Notes: a model not told the origin generated them from the sequence alone. DNA of 32,000 nucleotides from an uncultured archaeon (GCA_964648855.1 CAZYLT010000014.1:2400-34399), one strand, 5' to 3'; counted from the first letter of the stretch, positions 18,568-27,594 are shown. Numbers and translations are program-made.

Positions 18568-19563
18568 CTACCTCTGGATTCTAAGCCCTCTCTCATAGCC
18601 TTCAACGAGTTTCTCGATTTCTTCTTTATTCACGAAAGCAAGGTCGCCTGGTATTGTTTGCTTGAAGGCTGAGAATGCTGAGCCAAAGTTAACCGCTTGT
18701 TGCAAGTCTTCGAGTTCCAAATATCCATAAATGAAACCGGCACTGCAAGAGTCGCCGCCGCCAAGACGATCTATGACTTCTATATCGTATGTCGGACTGC
18801 GATAGACGTTTCCATCCGCGTAAGCAAAGACGGACCATTTATTCTCAAGAACGGATGGCGTTTCACGAAGTGTGATTAGTACTACTTCGAAACCAAACTT
18901 GTCCGTCAATTTTGACGCTACTTCCTCATAGTTCTCGCCTTCGATTCCGTAAACGACTTTGGTGTCCTCTTCAGTGGTAATGAGGATGTCAATATATTCT
19001 GATGCAGGTTCAGTAAATTTCCTTGCCTCTTTTGGAGTCCAGAGCTTGCCTCTATAATTGACATCGTAAGACACCTTGACACCGTGTTTTCTGGCTGCTT
19101 TGAAAACCTCCATGGTTGTATCTGCACAGCCGTTACTGAGGGCAGGAGTTATTCCGCTTGTATGGAACAACCGTGTTCCATCTAGGAAATCATCCCAGGG
19201 TACCTCTCCTGGTTTAATTTTGCTAATTGCTGAATGAGCCCTATCATAGATGACTCGATTTGTCCGAGGTGCCGCACCAAACTCAACGAAGTAAACTCCA
19301 CATCGACTATCCGGGTCCCAAAGGATGTGAGAGGTATCCACATCATGCATTCTTGCCTGATTTCTGATGAAATGGCCGATTGAATTATCACCAAGCTTTG
19401 TAACATATGCAGAATTCAATCCTAGTCGGGAACATGCGACTGCAACGTTCATCTCAGCTCCTCCTGCATTAGCATCATAGCTATGTGTCTGCTCAAACCG
19501 TCTGAAATCGGGGGGAGATAGCCTTAGCATGACTTCTCCGAAGGTAACTACATCAAAATTCAT
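18568..19563 (-). CDS. kdgK: 2-keto-3-deoxygluconate kinase (PfkB family)
   Basis: FGEVMLRLSPP, GGAEMNVA, YDRAHSA, SGITPAL, DVNYRGKLW, DRLGGGDS; directly upstream of eda. Confidence 0.9.
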   Translation of the reverse strand: MNFDVVTFGEVMLRLSPPDFRRFEQTHSYDANAGGAEMNVAVACSRLGLNSAYVTKLGDNSIGHFIRNQARMHDVDTSHILWDPDSRCGVYFVEFGAAPRTNRVIYDRAHSAISKIKPGEVPWDDFLDGTRLFHTSGITPALSNGCADTTMEVFKAARKHGVKVSYDVNYRGKLWTPKEARKFTEPASEYIDILITTEEDTKVVYGIEGENYEEVASKLTDKFGFEVVLITLRETPSVLENKWSVFAYADGNVYRSPTYDIEVIDRLGGGDSCSAGFIYGYLELEDLQQAVNFGSAFSAFKQTIPGDLAFVNKEEIEKLVEGYERGLRIQR

Positions 19564-19586
19564 CTTTCACACTCACATTTTCTCTC

Positions 19587-19607
19587 TTGAATTTAAGTTG
19601 AATTTAA
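19587..19607. promoter_or_regulatory. 10-bp direct repeat TTGAATTTAA-G-TTGAATTTAA upstream of kdgK, possible operator
   Basis: Exact repeat with 11-bp period in the GRE-kdgK intergenic region. Confidence 0.35.
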
Positions 19608-19651
19608 TATTGGAGCACTGAATGTTAAACCTGTCGTAAGCCCCATATTGG

Positions 19652-21997
19652 TTAGTGAGCAGAAGAAAACTCAGTTCTCGCGATTATTTCATCCTGCACG
19701 AAGGGATCTAGTTCAATGAAATATGCACTATATCCCGCCACTCGAACAATGAGATTGCGATGCTGAAGGGGGTGTACCTTCGCATCCTCCAAAGTGGCCC
19801 TATCTACAACATTGAATTGGACATGTAATCCATTCATCTTGAAATACCCTTCAACGAGTCCGATGAATTTTTCTCTTGACTTTTTGCTGCTAAACATATC
19901 TGGAGTGAATTTCATATTATACAGGGTTCCATTATAGCAGCGCTGATGATCCAACCGAGCAACCGATTTCATTGCAGCAGTGGGTCCATTAACATCTCGA
20001 TTCTGAGTTGGTGATACACCATCCGAAAGCATGATGCCGGCCTTTCTCCCATCTGGGGTGGCTCCTAAGACCTCACCTTGAGGAATATACATTGAAACCG
20101 AGAATAGCGCCCCATGATATGACCCGTCACGCGTTGTCATACGACTTTGGATTGCATCACAGAATGCGACACCTGTATCTCGTGCTAGAAAATCTACTCT
20201 TTCAATATCATTTCCATACTTGCATGGGTCATTTTCAAGAAGAATTCTTAGTTCTTCGTAGCCCTCATAATCTGCATGCAATGCCTCTAACAGATTATCC
20301 ATCGTTGTCGTTTTCTGCTCAAAAACGTGCTTTCTAATCATCTCAAGCGAATCAGCAACTATTGCGACCCCAACCCCCATAATGCCGCCGGAGTTATATA
20401 GCGCTCCACCATCCTGCATAGTCCTACCGCTTTCAAGGCAGCCCTCTAGTAGAGACGAAATGAATGGGGTCGGCTTGTTTTGAGAGAGGATTCCTGCCGC
20501 AACTCGGTCCGCCTGTGTGAGCAATTCAATAGTATAATCGATTTGCTCTTCGTAGGCATCCCATAGCTGCTCAAAGGATGTAAATTCTGTGACATTACCA
20601 GTTTCCAATCCTACTTTCTCGCCGCTAATTGGATCAATTCCATTATTGAGAGTTATCTCTAATATTTTTGGTAGATTGACATAGCCAATATTCGGTCTTG
20701 GATCCGACTTCCCAGCCATTATTGGCTCCACGCAACCGAGGATTGAGTAATCATGTGCCTCTGAAGGATCCGTTCCCTTGTCGGTCATCAGGGGAATTAT
20801 GACTTCATCATTGAATATTCCTGGCATGCCCAAGCCCTTAGATACAACCTCGACAACCTCCCTCATGAACCTGTCAGGAGTACCCTCATGCCATCTGAAC
20901 GAAACTGTAGGTTGCGTGACTCGAATATTCTTGGTTGCCTCCAAAACCAGACTGGTCAAATCATTGCAGGCATTATTGCCATCAGCATCTTGTCCCCCAA
21001 TTGTCAAATTCTGAAACATGGGATGTCCCGCAAAAGCGACGCTGTAGTACTCGTTTCTTAGTTTGATTAGTGAAGTGAACTTGATCCATAGCATTTCAAG
21101 AAGCTCGAGGGCTTGGTCTCTGGTGAGTTTGCCTGACCTCATATCTTGCTGAAAATATGGAAACATGTATTGGTCAAAACGGCCCGTGGATATAGAATGA
21201 CCGTTTGACTCCGTCTGTACAAGCAGATGAATAAACCAGAACGACTGAAGTGCCTCATGAAATGATTCTGCAGGATATTCTGGAACCCTTGCGCATATGC
21301 GTGAGATTTCCTCCAGATCTGCTTTTCTTTGTAGGTCTGATTCTGCATCTGCAAGACTTGCCGCAAGTTTGGAGAATCTCTTTGCGAATGCAGTTACCGC
21401 CTCCAACTGAGTAATCACTGCTTCATAGAATTTCCTCTCCTCCTCAGAGGTAGAATCCTGAAACTTATCTTTTGTATCAGATATAATGCTCGCTATTCCT
21501 TTCCCAAGTACTGTAGGATAATCCACAATAACATGGCCGATCCCAGTCCCTGGTGCACCTATTGTGAACAAACCCGCCTTGGACGCTCTCTGAGAATCCA
21601 TTGGCATTTTGCTCCGGGCTATTTCCGCAGTACTCTTTCCATTCCAGTATTCGAAGACTTCTCTGAGAATATCTTTATCATCTTCTCCTATCTGAAATGG
21701 TTCTGTTCTACGCGCATCGAACCTATCCAGCTCCTCGTTGAGCCATTCCCAGCTATACTCTGGGAATATCTGACAAGAACGAGGTGTTGGGCCCATGTTC
21801 CCCACAATCAATTCCTCTGGCTCTATCCGAATAGTCATGTCTTCGAGAACCTTAGCAAACGCATTAGCCAATCGAATCTTAATAGGTTCCGACTCATGAG
21901 ACCTCAAGTAATCGGTGAAAATGGATGCTCGTTCGCTTGAGATGGTGGGTTCTGCAGCAAGCATTCTGTCTTTGATTCGTTGCGTTCTAGAGGTCAT
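19652..21997 (-). CDS. Glycyl radical enzyme, diol dehydratase/PFL2-like eliminase class, substrate unknown
   Basis: Gly loop RVAGYSAYF, Cys loop ILGCVEP (single Cys, not the PFL CC pair), GHVIVDY, ESNGHSISTGRFDQY, ATPDGR; 781 aa. Confidence 0.93.
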   Translation of the reverse strand: MTSRTQRIKDRMLAAEPTISSERASIFTDYLRSHESEPIKIRLANAFAKVLEDMTIRIEPEELIVGNMGPTPRSCQIFPEYSWEWLNEELDRFDARRTEPFQIGEDDKDILREVFEYWNGKSTAEIARSKMPMDSQRASKAGLFTIGAPGTGIGHVIVDYPTVLGKGIASIISDTKDKFQDSTSEEERKFYEAVITQLEAVTAFAKRFSKLAASLADAESDLQRKADLEEISRICARVPEYPAESFHEALQSFWFIHLLVQTESNGHSISTGRFDQYMFPYFQQDMRSGKLTRDQALELLEMLWIKFTSLIKLRNEYYSVAFAGHPMFQNLTIGGQDADGNNACNDLTSLVLEATKNIRVTQPTVSFRWHEGTPDRFMREVVEVVSKGLGMPGIFNDEVIIPLMTDKGTDPSEAHDYSILGCVEPIMAGKSDPRPNIGYVNLPKILEITLNNGIDPISGEKVGLETGNVTEFTSFEQLWDAYEEQIDYTIELLTQADRVAAGILSQNKPTPFISSLLEGCLESGRTMQDGGALYNSGGIMGVGVAIVADSLEMIRKHVFEQKTTTMDNLLEALHADYEGYEELRILLENDPCKYGNDIERVDFLARDTGVAFCDAIQSRMTTRDGSYHGALFSVSMYIPQGEVLGATPDGRKAGIMLSDGVSPTQNRDVNGPTAAMKSVARLDHQRCYNGTLYNMKFTPDMFSSKKSREKFIGLVEGYFKMNGLHVQFNVVDRATLEDAKVHPLQHRNLIVRVAGYSAYFIELDPFVQDEIIARTEFSSAH

Positions 21998-22039
21998 CTT
22001 GATGTATTACACCTCATTCTAGATTATTTTTTGCATCCA

Positions 22040-23209
22040 TCACTTTGGTCTTCTTAGTAGCTTTGGAAGGAAGGTGTCAAGCCTTTGGAGTGCCTCTTCA
22101 ATGCTCTCAGTTGACATTGCATAACATAATCTAAGGAATCCTTCACCAAAGTGTCCGAATGCAGACCCATGAACAGTAGCAACATTTACCTCATTGAGGA
22201 TTCTCATAACCAATTCGAAGGTTTCCATGCCAAATGCAGAAACATCTGGAAATACATAAAACGCTCCACCTGGCGGTTCCAAATCAACTCCCTCGATTTG
22301 CTGTAAACCCTTGACCATAATATCTCGTCGTTCTCTGAAGGTATCCAGCATCTCCTTGACGCAATCTTGCGGGCCCTCGACAGCTTCAGCCGCTGCTTTT
22401 TGCGAGATGGAGGTCGGCATTGCAATCACATGTTCTTGCAGTTTTGTCATTGCACCAATTACCTCAGACGGCCCGGTACAGATACTAATTCGCCATCCGG
22501 TCATAGCATATGTCTTAGACAGCGAGAACAGAGATACTACTCGTTCTTTCATTCCGGGCAATGAGCCGATGAACAGCGGTTTCTCATTATCATAGCGGAA
22601 TTTTTCGTAGGCCTCGTCTGAGAGAATGTAGAAATCCTTCTCGATTGCAAGTTCTGCGATTTTCTTGAGTTCTTCATTGGAGATAACTCCGCCTGTTGGA
22701 TTGTTTGGGGAGTTCAAGACCAACATCTTGGTCCTATCTGTGACCAACTTCCTAACTCCCTCAGCAGTCACCCCAAAACCATGTTCCTTCTTGAGTTGTA
22801 GTGGAATCGCTTTTCCTTCTGCCAATTTCACATGGGCAAAATGGCTGACGAATCCAGGATCTGGATATATTACTTCATCACCAGGTTCAACAAGAACAAG
22901 GTTTGCAAGCACAAGTGCACCCATGCCGCCAGCGGTCGCCATAATCTCGCTAACGGGGTCAGCGTCAATGTCATTATCTCGCTTTAGCTTCCTGGCGAAT
23001 GATTCTCTTACGTCCATGAAACCTGCATTGTGGGTGTATTTGGTAAAACCATCATCGATTGCCTGCTTTGCTGCTTCTTTGATGTGATTTGGAGTATCGA
23101 AATCCGGGATTCCAACTGTCAGGTCAATAACGTCATCTCGTCCTAGAATCATGTTGTAGATTTTTCTTATCTCACTGGCTGGAACAAACTGGTTTCTTTC
23201 GGCGAGCAT
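22040..23209 (-). CDS. PLP-dependent aminotransferase class I/II (AspAT-like)
   Basis: GIPDF, NSPNNPTG, SDEAY, SLSKTYAMTGWR, GAFY, LRLCYA. Confidence 0.94.
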   Translation of the reverse strand: MLAERNQFVPASEIRKIYNMILGRDDVIDLTVGIPDFDTPNHIKEAAKQAIDDGFTKYTHNAGFMDVRESFARKLKRDNDIDADPVSEIMATAGGMGALVLANLVLVEPGDEVIYPDPGFVSHFAHVKLAEGKAIPLQLKKEHGFGVTAEGVRKLVTDRTKMLVLNSPNNPTGGVISNEELKKIAELAIEKDFYILSDEAYEKFRYDNEKPLFIGSLPGMKERVVSLFSLSKTYAMTGWRISICTGPSEVIGAMTKLQEHVIAMPTSISQKAAAEAVEGPQDCVKEMLDTFRERRDIMVKGLQQIEGVDLEPPGGAFYVFPDVSAFGMETFELVMRILNEVNVATVHGSAFGHFGEGFLRLCYAMSTESIEEALQRLDTFLPKLLRRPK

Positions 23210-23344
23210 TATAATGCACCACTGATGTTTTGAAGTTTAATCTGCAATTTATATCCTTTTAAACAACCAAAGAATACTTTAACTTCTAACACATCCCGAT
23301 TCTAAATGAATTTAAGAAAGCATGTTCGTTGAATGGTGAATACT

Positions 23345-23815
23345 ATGACCGAACCATCAGCAGATGAAGTAAGAAAGGTGAATATGGCAACATTGGCTAG
23401 CGCTCATGCAGTCTATGTTGAGGCAATGAGAGACCATTGTGGAAAAGAAGGTTTGGAGGCACTAAGAAAAGCAAATCTACAACACGGACTTGAATTGGGT
23501 GAGGCTGGTATTGAGAGTGGTGGGTTAAGAAAAGGAGAACCGAAATCACTTTTTGACTTTTTTGAGGCAGCACATCCTTATTTTGGATTTGATTTGGAGC
23601 TGATAGATTATAGTGACGATATGGTTGAGATGAGGGTTCAATCCTGTCCTTGGATTGACACATTCAAAGCAGAAGGCGCACAAGAAGACATCTGTCATTG
23701 GGTATGTGCTATGGATGACGGGATAGGTCAGGCAGTTGACCCAGATTTGAGATTGTCAATTCCCAAATGCATGATGCGTGGCGATGACTATTGTGTTTAT
23801 CTCTGGAAGAAATGA
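23345..23815 (+). CDS. L-2-amino-thiazoline-4-carboxylate hydrolase-like / V4R-fold Cys-rich protein
   Basis: VQSCPW...ICHWVCAMD...KCMMRGDDYC. GGTGA RBS before ATG 23345. Confidence 0.72.
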   Translation: MTEPSADEVRKVNMATLASAHAVYVEAMRDHCGKEGLEALRKANLQHGLELGEAGIESGGLRKGEPKSLFDFFEAAHPYFGFDLELIDYSDDMVEMRVQSCPWIDTFKAEGAQEDICHWVCAMDDGIGQAVDPDLRLSIPKCMMRGDDYCVYLWKK

Positions 23816-23825
23816 GTGATTGACC

Positions 23826-24491
23826 ATGGTAAACAAAGATTTGATAATAGACAGAACACTGAAACTCTATGTGGCTGCGGTATCAGATGCAGCTGACGAA
23901 GCTGGGCTAAGCCCGGTCTGTATGGATTGGGAAATAAAGCCCGTAACGAACAACTATCGCATGGCAGGCTTTGCAAGAACTGGCAAACTTGTTCGTACAC
24001 CTCCAAATAGGCCGTATGACGAGGGGCAGCTGGACTTATTCATGAGCTTGGCTACAAAGGCGGAGCAATGGGACATTGTATGCATTACCTCAAGTGGTGC
24101 AACAGATTGTTCAGTCTGGGGTCAGGTGCTAACTAGAATTGGCATCCCAAAGGGGCTTAATGGAGCAGTTGTAGACGGAACCTCAAGAGATATCGAGGAT
24201 ATCAACAACATGAATTTTCCAGTATTTGCTCGTGGGCGTCACCCAGGAACTATGAGAGGTCGTTTGGATATGGAGTCTGTTGGCGAACCAATTACTTGTG
24301 GTGGCGTGAAAGTTGCGATGGGTGACTTGATTTTTGCTGATGGTGACGGAGTTGTCGTTATTGCAAAAGACCGAATCGAAGAGGTTCTCGCAGCAGCAGA
24401 AGAGGTTGTTTCCACTGATGTATGGTGGGCGGACAAGCTGGATGAGGGTGAAGACCCTCATGAGATGCATAAAGAGAAGCCAATCCCCTAA
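23826..24491 (+). CDS. RraA family protein / HMG-CHA aldolase-like
   Basis: VSDAAD, SVWGQVL, GAVVDGTSRD, FPVFARG, GDLIFADGDGVVVI. Confidence 0.88.
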   Translation: MVNKDLIIDRTLKLYVAAVSDAADEAGLSPVCMDWEIKPVTNNYRMAGFARTGKLVRTPPNRPYDEGQLDLFMSLATKAEQWDIVCITSSGATDCSVWGQVLTRIGIPKGLNGAVVDGTSRDIEDINNMNFPVFARGRHPGTMRGRLDMESVGEPITCGGVKVAMGDLIFADGDGVVVIAKDRIEEVLAAAEEVVSTDVWWADKLDEGEDPHEMHKEKPIP

Positions 24492-25615
24492 CTAATGGGA
24501 TACTGCCCTTTCTCTGCCGCATAGTCATACATTTCAAGTATCTTCTCCGGAGTCGAGTCAGGCTGTATATTATGAGCGGGCGCCAGAATGTATCCACCGC
24601 CGGGTGCAAATGCTCTCAATCTAGTATCGATCTCCTTTCTTAGGTCATCAATCTTCCCAACCGAGGCCATAGCCTGCTGCAAATCAATTCCTCCATGAAA
24701 GGTTAATCTGTCGCCGTATTTCTGCTTGAGAGTTTCTGAGTCCATACCTTCTGCCAAGGGCTGCACCGGGTTAAGAATATCAACTTCTACATCAATCAAA
24801 TCTTCTATCATGGGCTCAATGGCTCCACAACTGTGATACAAAATCTTGACGTGAGGGGCTCTCCTGTGGATATCTGAGTAGATTTTCTTATGTTTCGGTT
24901 TGATCTTGTCGCGATACATCTTGGGACTCATTATCAGTCCGTTCTGATGACCTAGGTCATCGCCCACCTGCACGATATCGAGATAATCCCCAACTGCATC
25001 GAGAAAAACGGCATTCATGTCTAGAGCAAGCTCCATTGACTTGTTCATCATGGCTTCAGCCAATTCTGGACGAGATATTAGGTCTATGAGAAACTTGTCA
25101 AACCCTCTCATGTAGTGAGCGCAGACTTCGAATACGCCCCATGGACCTCCCACCATTCCTGTGACCGCATAGTCTGTTTCTTCATGAAGATATTTCGCCC
25201 ATTCTACTACACCATCTAATCTTGAAGGGTCTTGAGGATCAAGCCACTCATAGTCCTCTACTTCTTGCACCTCGGTGAAATCAGCCCACGGAAAGTGGAC
25301 TATCTCCCAATACTCACCAATCCATTTCCCCCTGCATCCGAATTCGGTTTCAACGCTTCCATCTGGGTATTCCTTTGGCTTGAAGTCAGCAGCAGATTTC
25401 ATGTATACTCTCCGAAAGTCAATACTGAGTCTTTGTAGCATTTCTTCAGAGATTTGCCAGACACTCATTATACCCCATTCTTGGGTTTCCGGGGCATCAA
25501 TCCCCAAGTAGTCCCTAAGACTTTCATATGCCTGCGGAGTAATCCACAGGTCAAGTGGTACTCTGTCGGGTTCTTCGTGGGACACAGCCTTATGGAATCG
25601 CTCTCTTGGTTTCAT
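24488..25615 (-). CDS. Uroporphyrinogen decarboxylase superfamily protein (putative corrinoid methyltransferase)
   Basis: HEEPDRVP, MRGFDKFL, GDDLGHQNG, YHSCG, NPVQP, GGGYILAPAHNIQ. Confidence 0.85.
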   Translation of the reverse strand: MKPRERFHKAVSHEEPDRVPLDLWITPQAYESLRDYLGIDAPETQEWGIMSVWQISEEMLQRLSIDFRRVYMKSAADFKPKEYPDGSVETEFGCRGKWIGEYWEIVHFPWADFTEVQEVEDYEWLDPQDPSRLDGVVEWAKYLHEETDYAVTGMVGGPWGVFEVCAHYMRGFDKFLIDLISRPELAEAMMNKSMELALDMNAVFLDAVGDYLDIVQVGDDLGHQNGLIMSPKMYRDKIKPKHKKIYSDIHRRAPHVKILYHSCGAIEPMIEDLIDVEVDILNPVQPLAEGMDSETLKQKYGDRLTFHGGIDLQQAMASVGKIDDLRKEIDTRLRAFAPGGGYILAPAHNIQPDSTPEKILEMYDYAAEKGQYPIS

Positions 25616-25697
25616 GATTGGTCCACGAATAGGAGCGTGGATTTTGGGTATTTTAATCTCTTCTTAGATACGTAAGGTCTGGACCGTTCGAAAAACC

Positions 25698-25746
25698 TTC
25701 ATCATTCCGTTCGATATAGATTGAAGCAATATATCGACGAGATGAA
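25698..25746. repeat. Long imperfect inverted repeat in a divergent intergenic region
   Basis: TTCATC...CGTTCGATATAGATTG AAG CAATATATCGACG A GATGAA; core TCGATATA/TATATCGA. Confidence 0.5.
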
Positions 25747-25835
25747 TTCCGAGTACGCCTGACTCCTTGGATGTTTGTAGCAATGCTTTTCAGTTTGTGT
25801 TTCATTACATAAAGTCAAAGACTAGGTGAAGTAAA

Positions 25836-26051
25836 TTGACTGAAGAAAGCGTGTACAAATTTATCGAACTTGTTGGCGTTAGTGAGAAGAGCTGGGAGCA
25901 TGCGATGCAGAATGCTATTCAGAAGGCATCAGAAAGCCTTAGAGACCTTCGAGTAGCAGAAGTCATCCGGCAAGATGTTAGGTTAGACGGTAATAAGATC
26001 ATTGAATACCGGGTTCGAATCAAGCTAAGCTTCAAGTATGAGAAGGAGTAG
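25836..26051 (+). CDS. Dodecin (flavin-binding protein)
   Basis: VYKFIELVGVSEKSWEHAMQNAIQKASESLRDL...YRVRIKLSFKYE. GGTGA RBS. Confidence 0.93.
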   Translation: MTEESVYKFIELVGVSEKSWEHAMQNAIQKASESLRDLRVAEVIRQDVRLDGNKIIEYRVRIKLSFKYEKE

Positions 26052-26084
26052 AGGAGTACAGTCCTCTCTCAACTCTCTTTTTTT
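26050..26084 (+). terminator. Putative terminator after dodecin
   Basis: AGAGGA-gtacag-TCCTCT hairpin followed by a CT-rich tract and T7. Confidence 0.55.
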
Positions 26085-26214
26085 GCGAAAACCACAGAGA
26101 ATCGCCGCTTCCCATATTAAGCTTGTATTAAAGAAACTTCGCGACCAGAGAGCTTAATTAGCATTTATTATACTCTTGAATTCAGAACCAAAGAATCTGG
26201 AGCAGCGGTTGACA

Positions 26215-27594
26215 ATGGATATCCAAAAAATGACAAGTCGTCTTGAAGACATTGTTGGGTCAAAGCGAGTCACTGACAAGGAATTCGATATCGTGGCATA
26301 TAGTCGTGATTTAAGCCCTGCAAAACAGAAGATGGCTACTCATATAGTGATGCCTGAAACAAAAGAAGAGATTCAAGAGATTCTCAGGATTGCTAACAAA
26401 CATGATATCCCGATTTATCTACGGGGTGGTGGAACCTCACATTGGGATGCGTTTCTTCCTCAAGACCCGGGTATCATGCTTGATTTAGCGCTGATGAATC
26501 GGATAATAGAAATCGAGGAAAGAGACCTTACTGTCACCGTTCAGCCAAATTGCACTTGGGCAAAACTGGATGCCGCGCTTCAGGAAAAGGGGCTAACTTA
26601 TCTTTGCAGTGAAGCTGGAGGTCCCGCTATGACCGTTGGTGGGTCGGTGATGAAGGCTGGCGGAGGGCCACGTGGCACTGCCAAGTTTGGTTTCCACGGA
26701 CATCGTGATATCGTCACGCTTGAGATGGTTCTTCCCAATGGAGATGTAGTACATACGGGCTCTGCGGCGTGGCCAAGTGCAGGGAAGTTCAAGAGACAGT
26801 GTCTAGGTCCAGACCTTGCTGGCATGTTCATTGGAGCAGAGGGTATTCTCGGGGTTTGCACAGAGTTAACACTCCGAATTAGACCATCTTCAGATTATGA
26901 AGAGCGCATCATGGCAGTCATTCCAACACTTGATGAAGCAATTGAATTAGGGCATTTTGTCAATCGGCTAGTTGGAGATGAATACCTGCAGGGCTTCTAT
27001 TTATGGGTTGAACCAACAGACCCTGACACGTTTATTGTGATGGCAGATATTTTCGCGTATGAAAAGAAGATAATGGAGTTTCGAAAGAAGAAACTCATAG
27101 AGAAAATCGAGGACCTGGGAGGGAAAATTGGCGACCCGGCTCCTGCAAATGACTATTTCGATAGAATTCTCACAGGACTAACAGACATCTTTGCAACTGG
27201 AGTTTGGCATTTCTTTGGCTCCGGCTCTTGCAGAATTGACGATATTGGCTTTCTGTACAAGGTATGGAAGGAAGAGCTAATTGAAAAGAGAGGCTATACA
27301 AAGGCTGGATTTGGGGGTCAGGTCCTCCCAAGAGACTGGTTGGCTTTTATGGTCACTAACTACCAAGAGCCAGAGGAATGGGACCAACTCGTCGAGATGG
27401 CTGATGAAATCAACGAGATGATTCTCAATGGGCCTGTTGTCCCTTATGGAATTGGCGGAAGAGATGGCCTAAGATCGTTCGTGGCTGAGCGAGATACAGG
27501 ATACTACCGTCTCCTGAAGACTCTGAAAAGAACACTTGATCCCAAGAATATTCTACAGCGTGGGATTTTCATTGCAGAGGAGGAATTAGAATGA
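26215..27594 (+). CDS. FAD-binding oxidoreductase (GlcD/D-lactate dehydrogenase-like, VAO/PCMH family)
   Basis: RGGGTS, MNRIIEI, TVGG, LEMVLPNG, FIGAEGILGVCTE, LDPKNIL. Start at ATG 26215 (ORF opens at 26176). Confidence 0.88.
   Translation: MDIQKMTSRLEDIVGSKRVTDKEFDIVAYSRDLSPAKQKMATHIVMPETKEEIQEILRIANKHDIPIYLRGGGTSHWDAFLPQDPGIMLDLALMNRIIEIEERDLTVTVQPNCTWAKLDAALQEKGLTYLCSEAGGPAMTVGGSVMKAGGGPRGTAKFGFHGHRDIVTLEMVLPNGDVVHTGSAAWPSAGKFKRQCLGPDLAGMFIGAEGILGVCTELTLRIRPSSDYEERIMAVIPTLDEAIELGHFVNRLVGDEYLQGFYLWVEPTDPDTFIVMADIFAYEKKIMEFRKKKLIEKIEDLGGKIGDPAPANDYFDRILTGLTDIFATGVWHFFGSGSCRIDDIGFLYKVWKEELIEKRGYTKAGFGGQVLPRDWLAFMVTNYQEPEEWDQLVEMADEINEMILNGPVVPYGIGGRDGLRSFVAERDTGYYRLLKTLKRTLDPKNILQRGIFIAEEELE

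Noticed and set aside
19652-21997. Calling the GRE pyruvate formate-lyase, CutC or HypD
   Set aside because: It has a single Cys (GCVEP) rather than the PFL CC pair. GCVE is shared by many eliminases, other motifs look closer to diol dehydratases, and there are no cut, microcompartment or P5C reductase neighbours.
24488-25615. Calling UroD-family genes hemE
   Set aside because: No RQAGR motif and no tetrapyrrole synthesis context; the HxC motif points to the methyltransferase-like branch.
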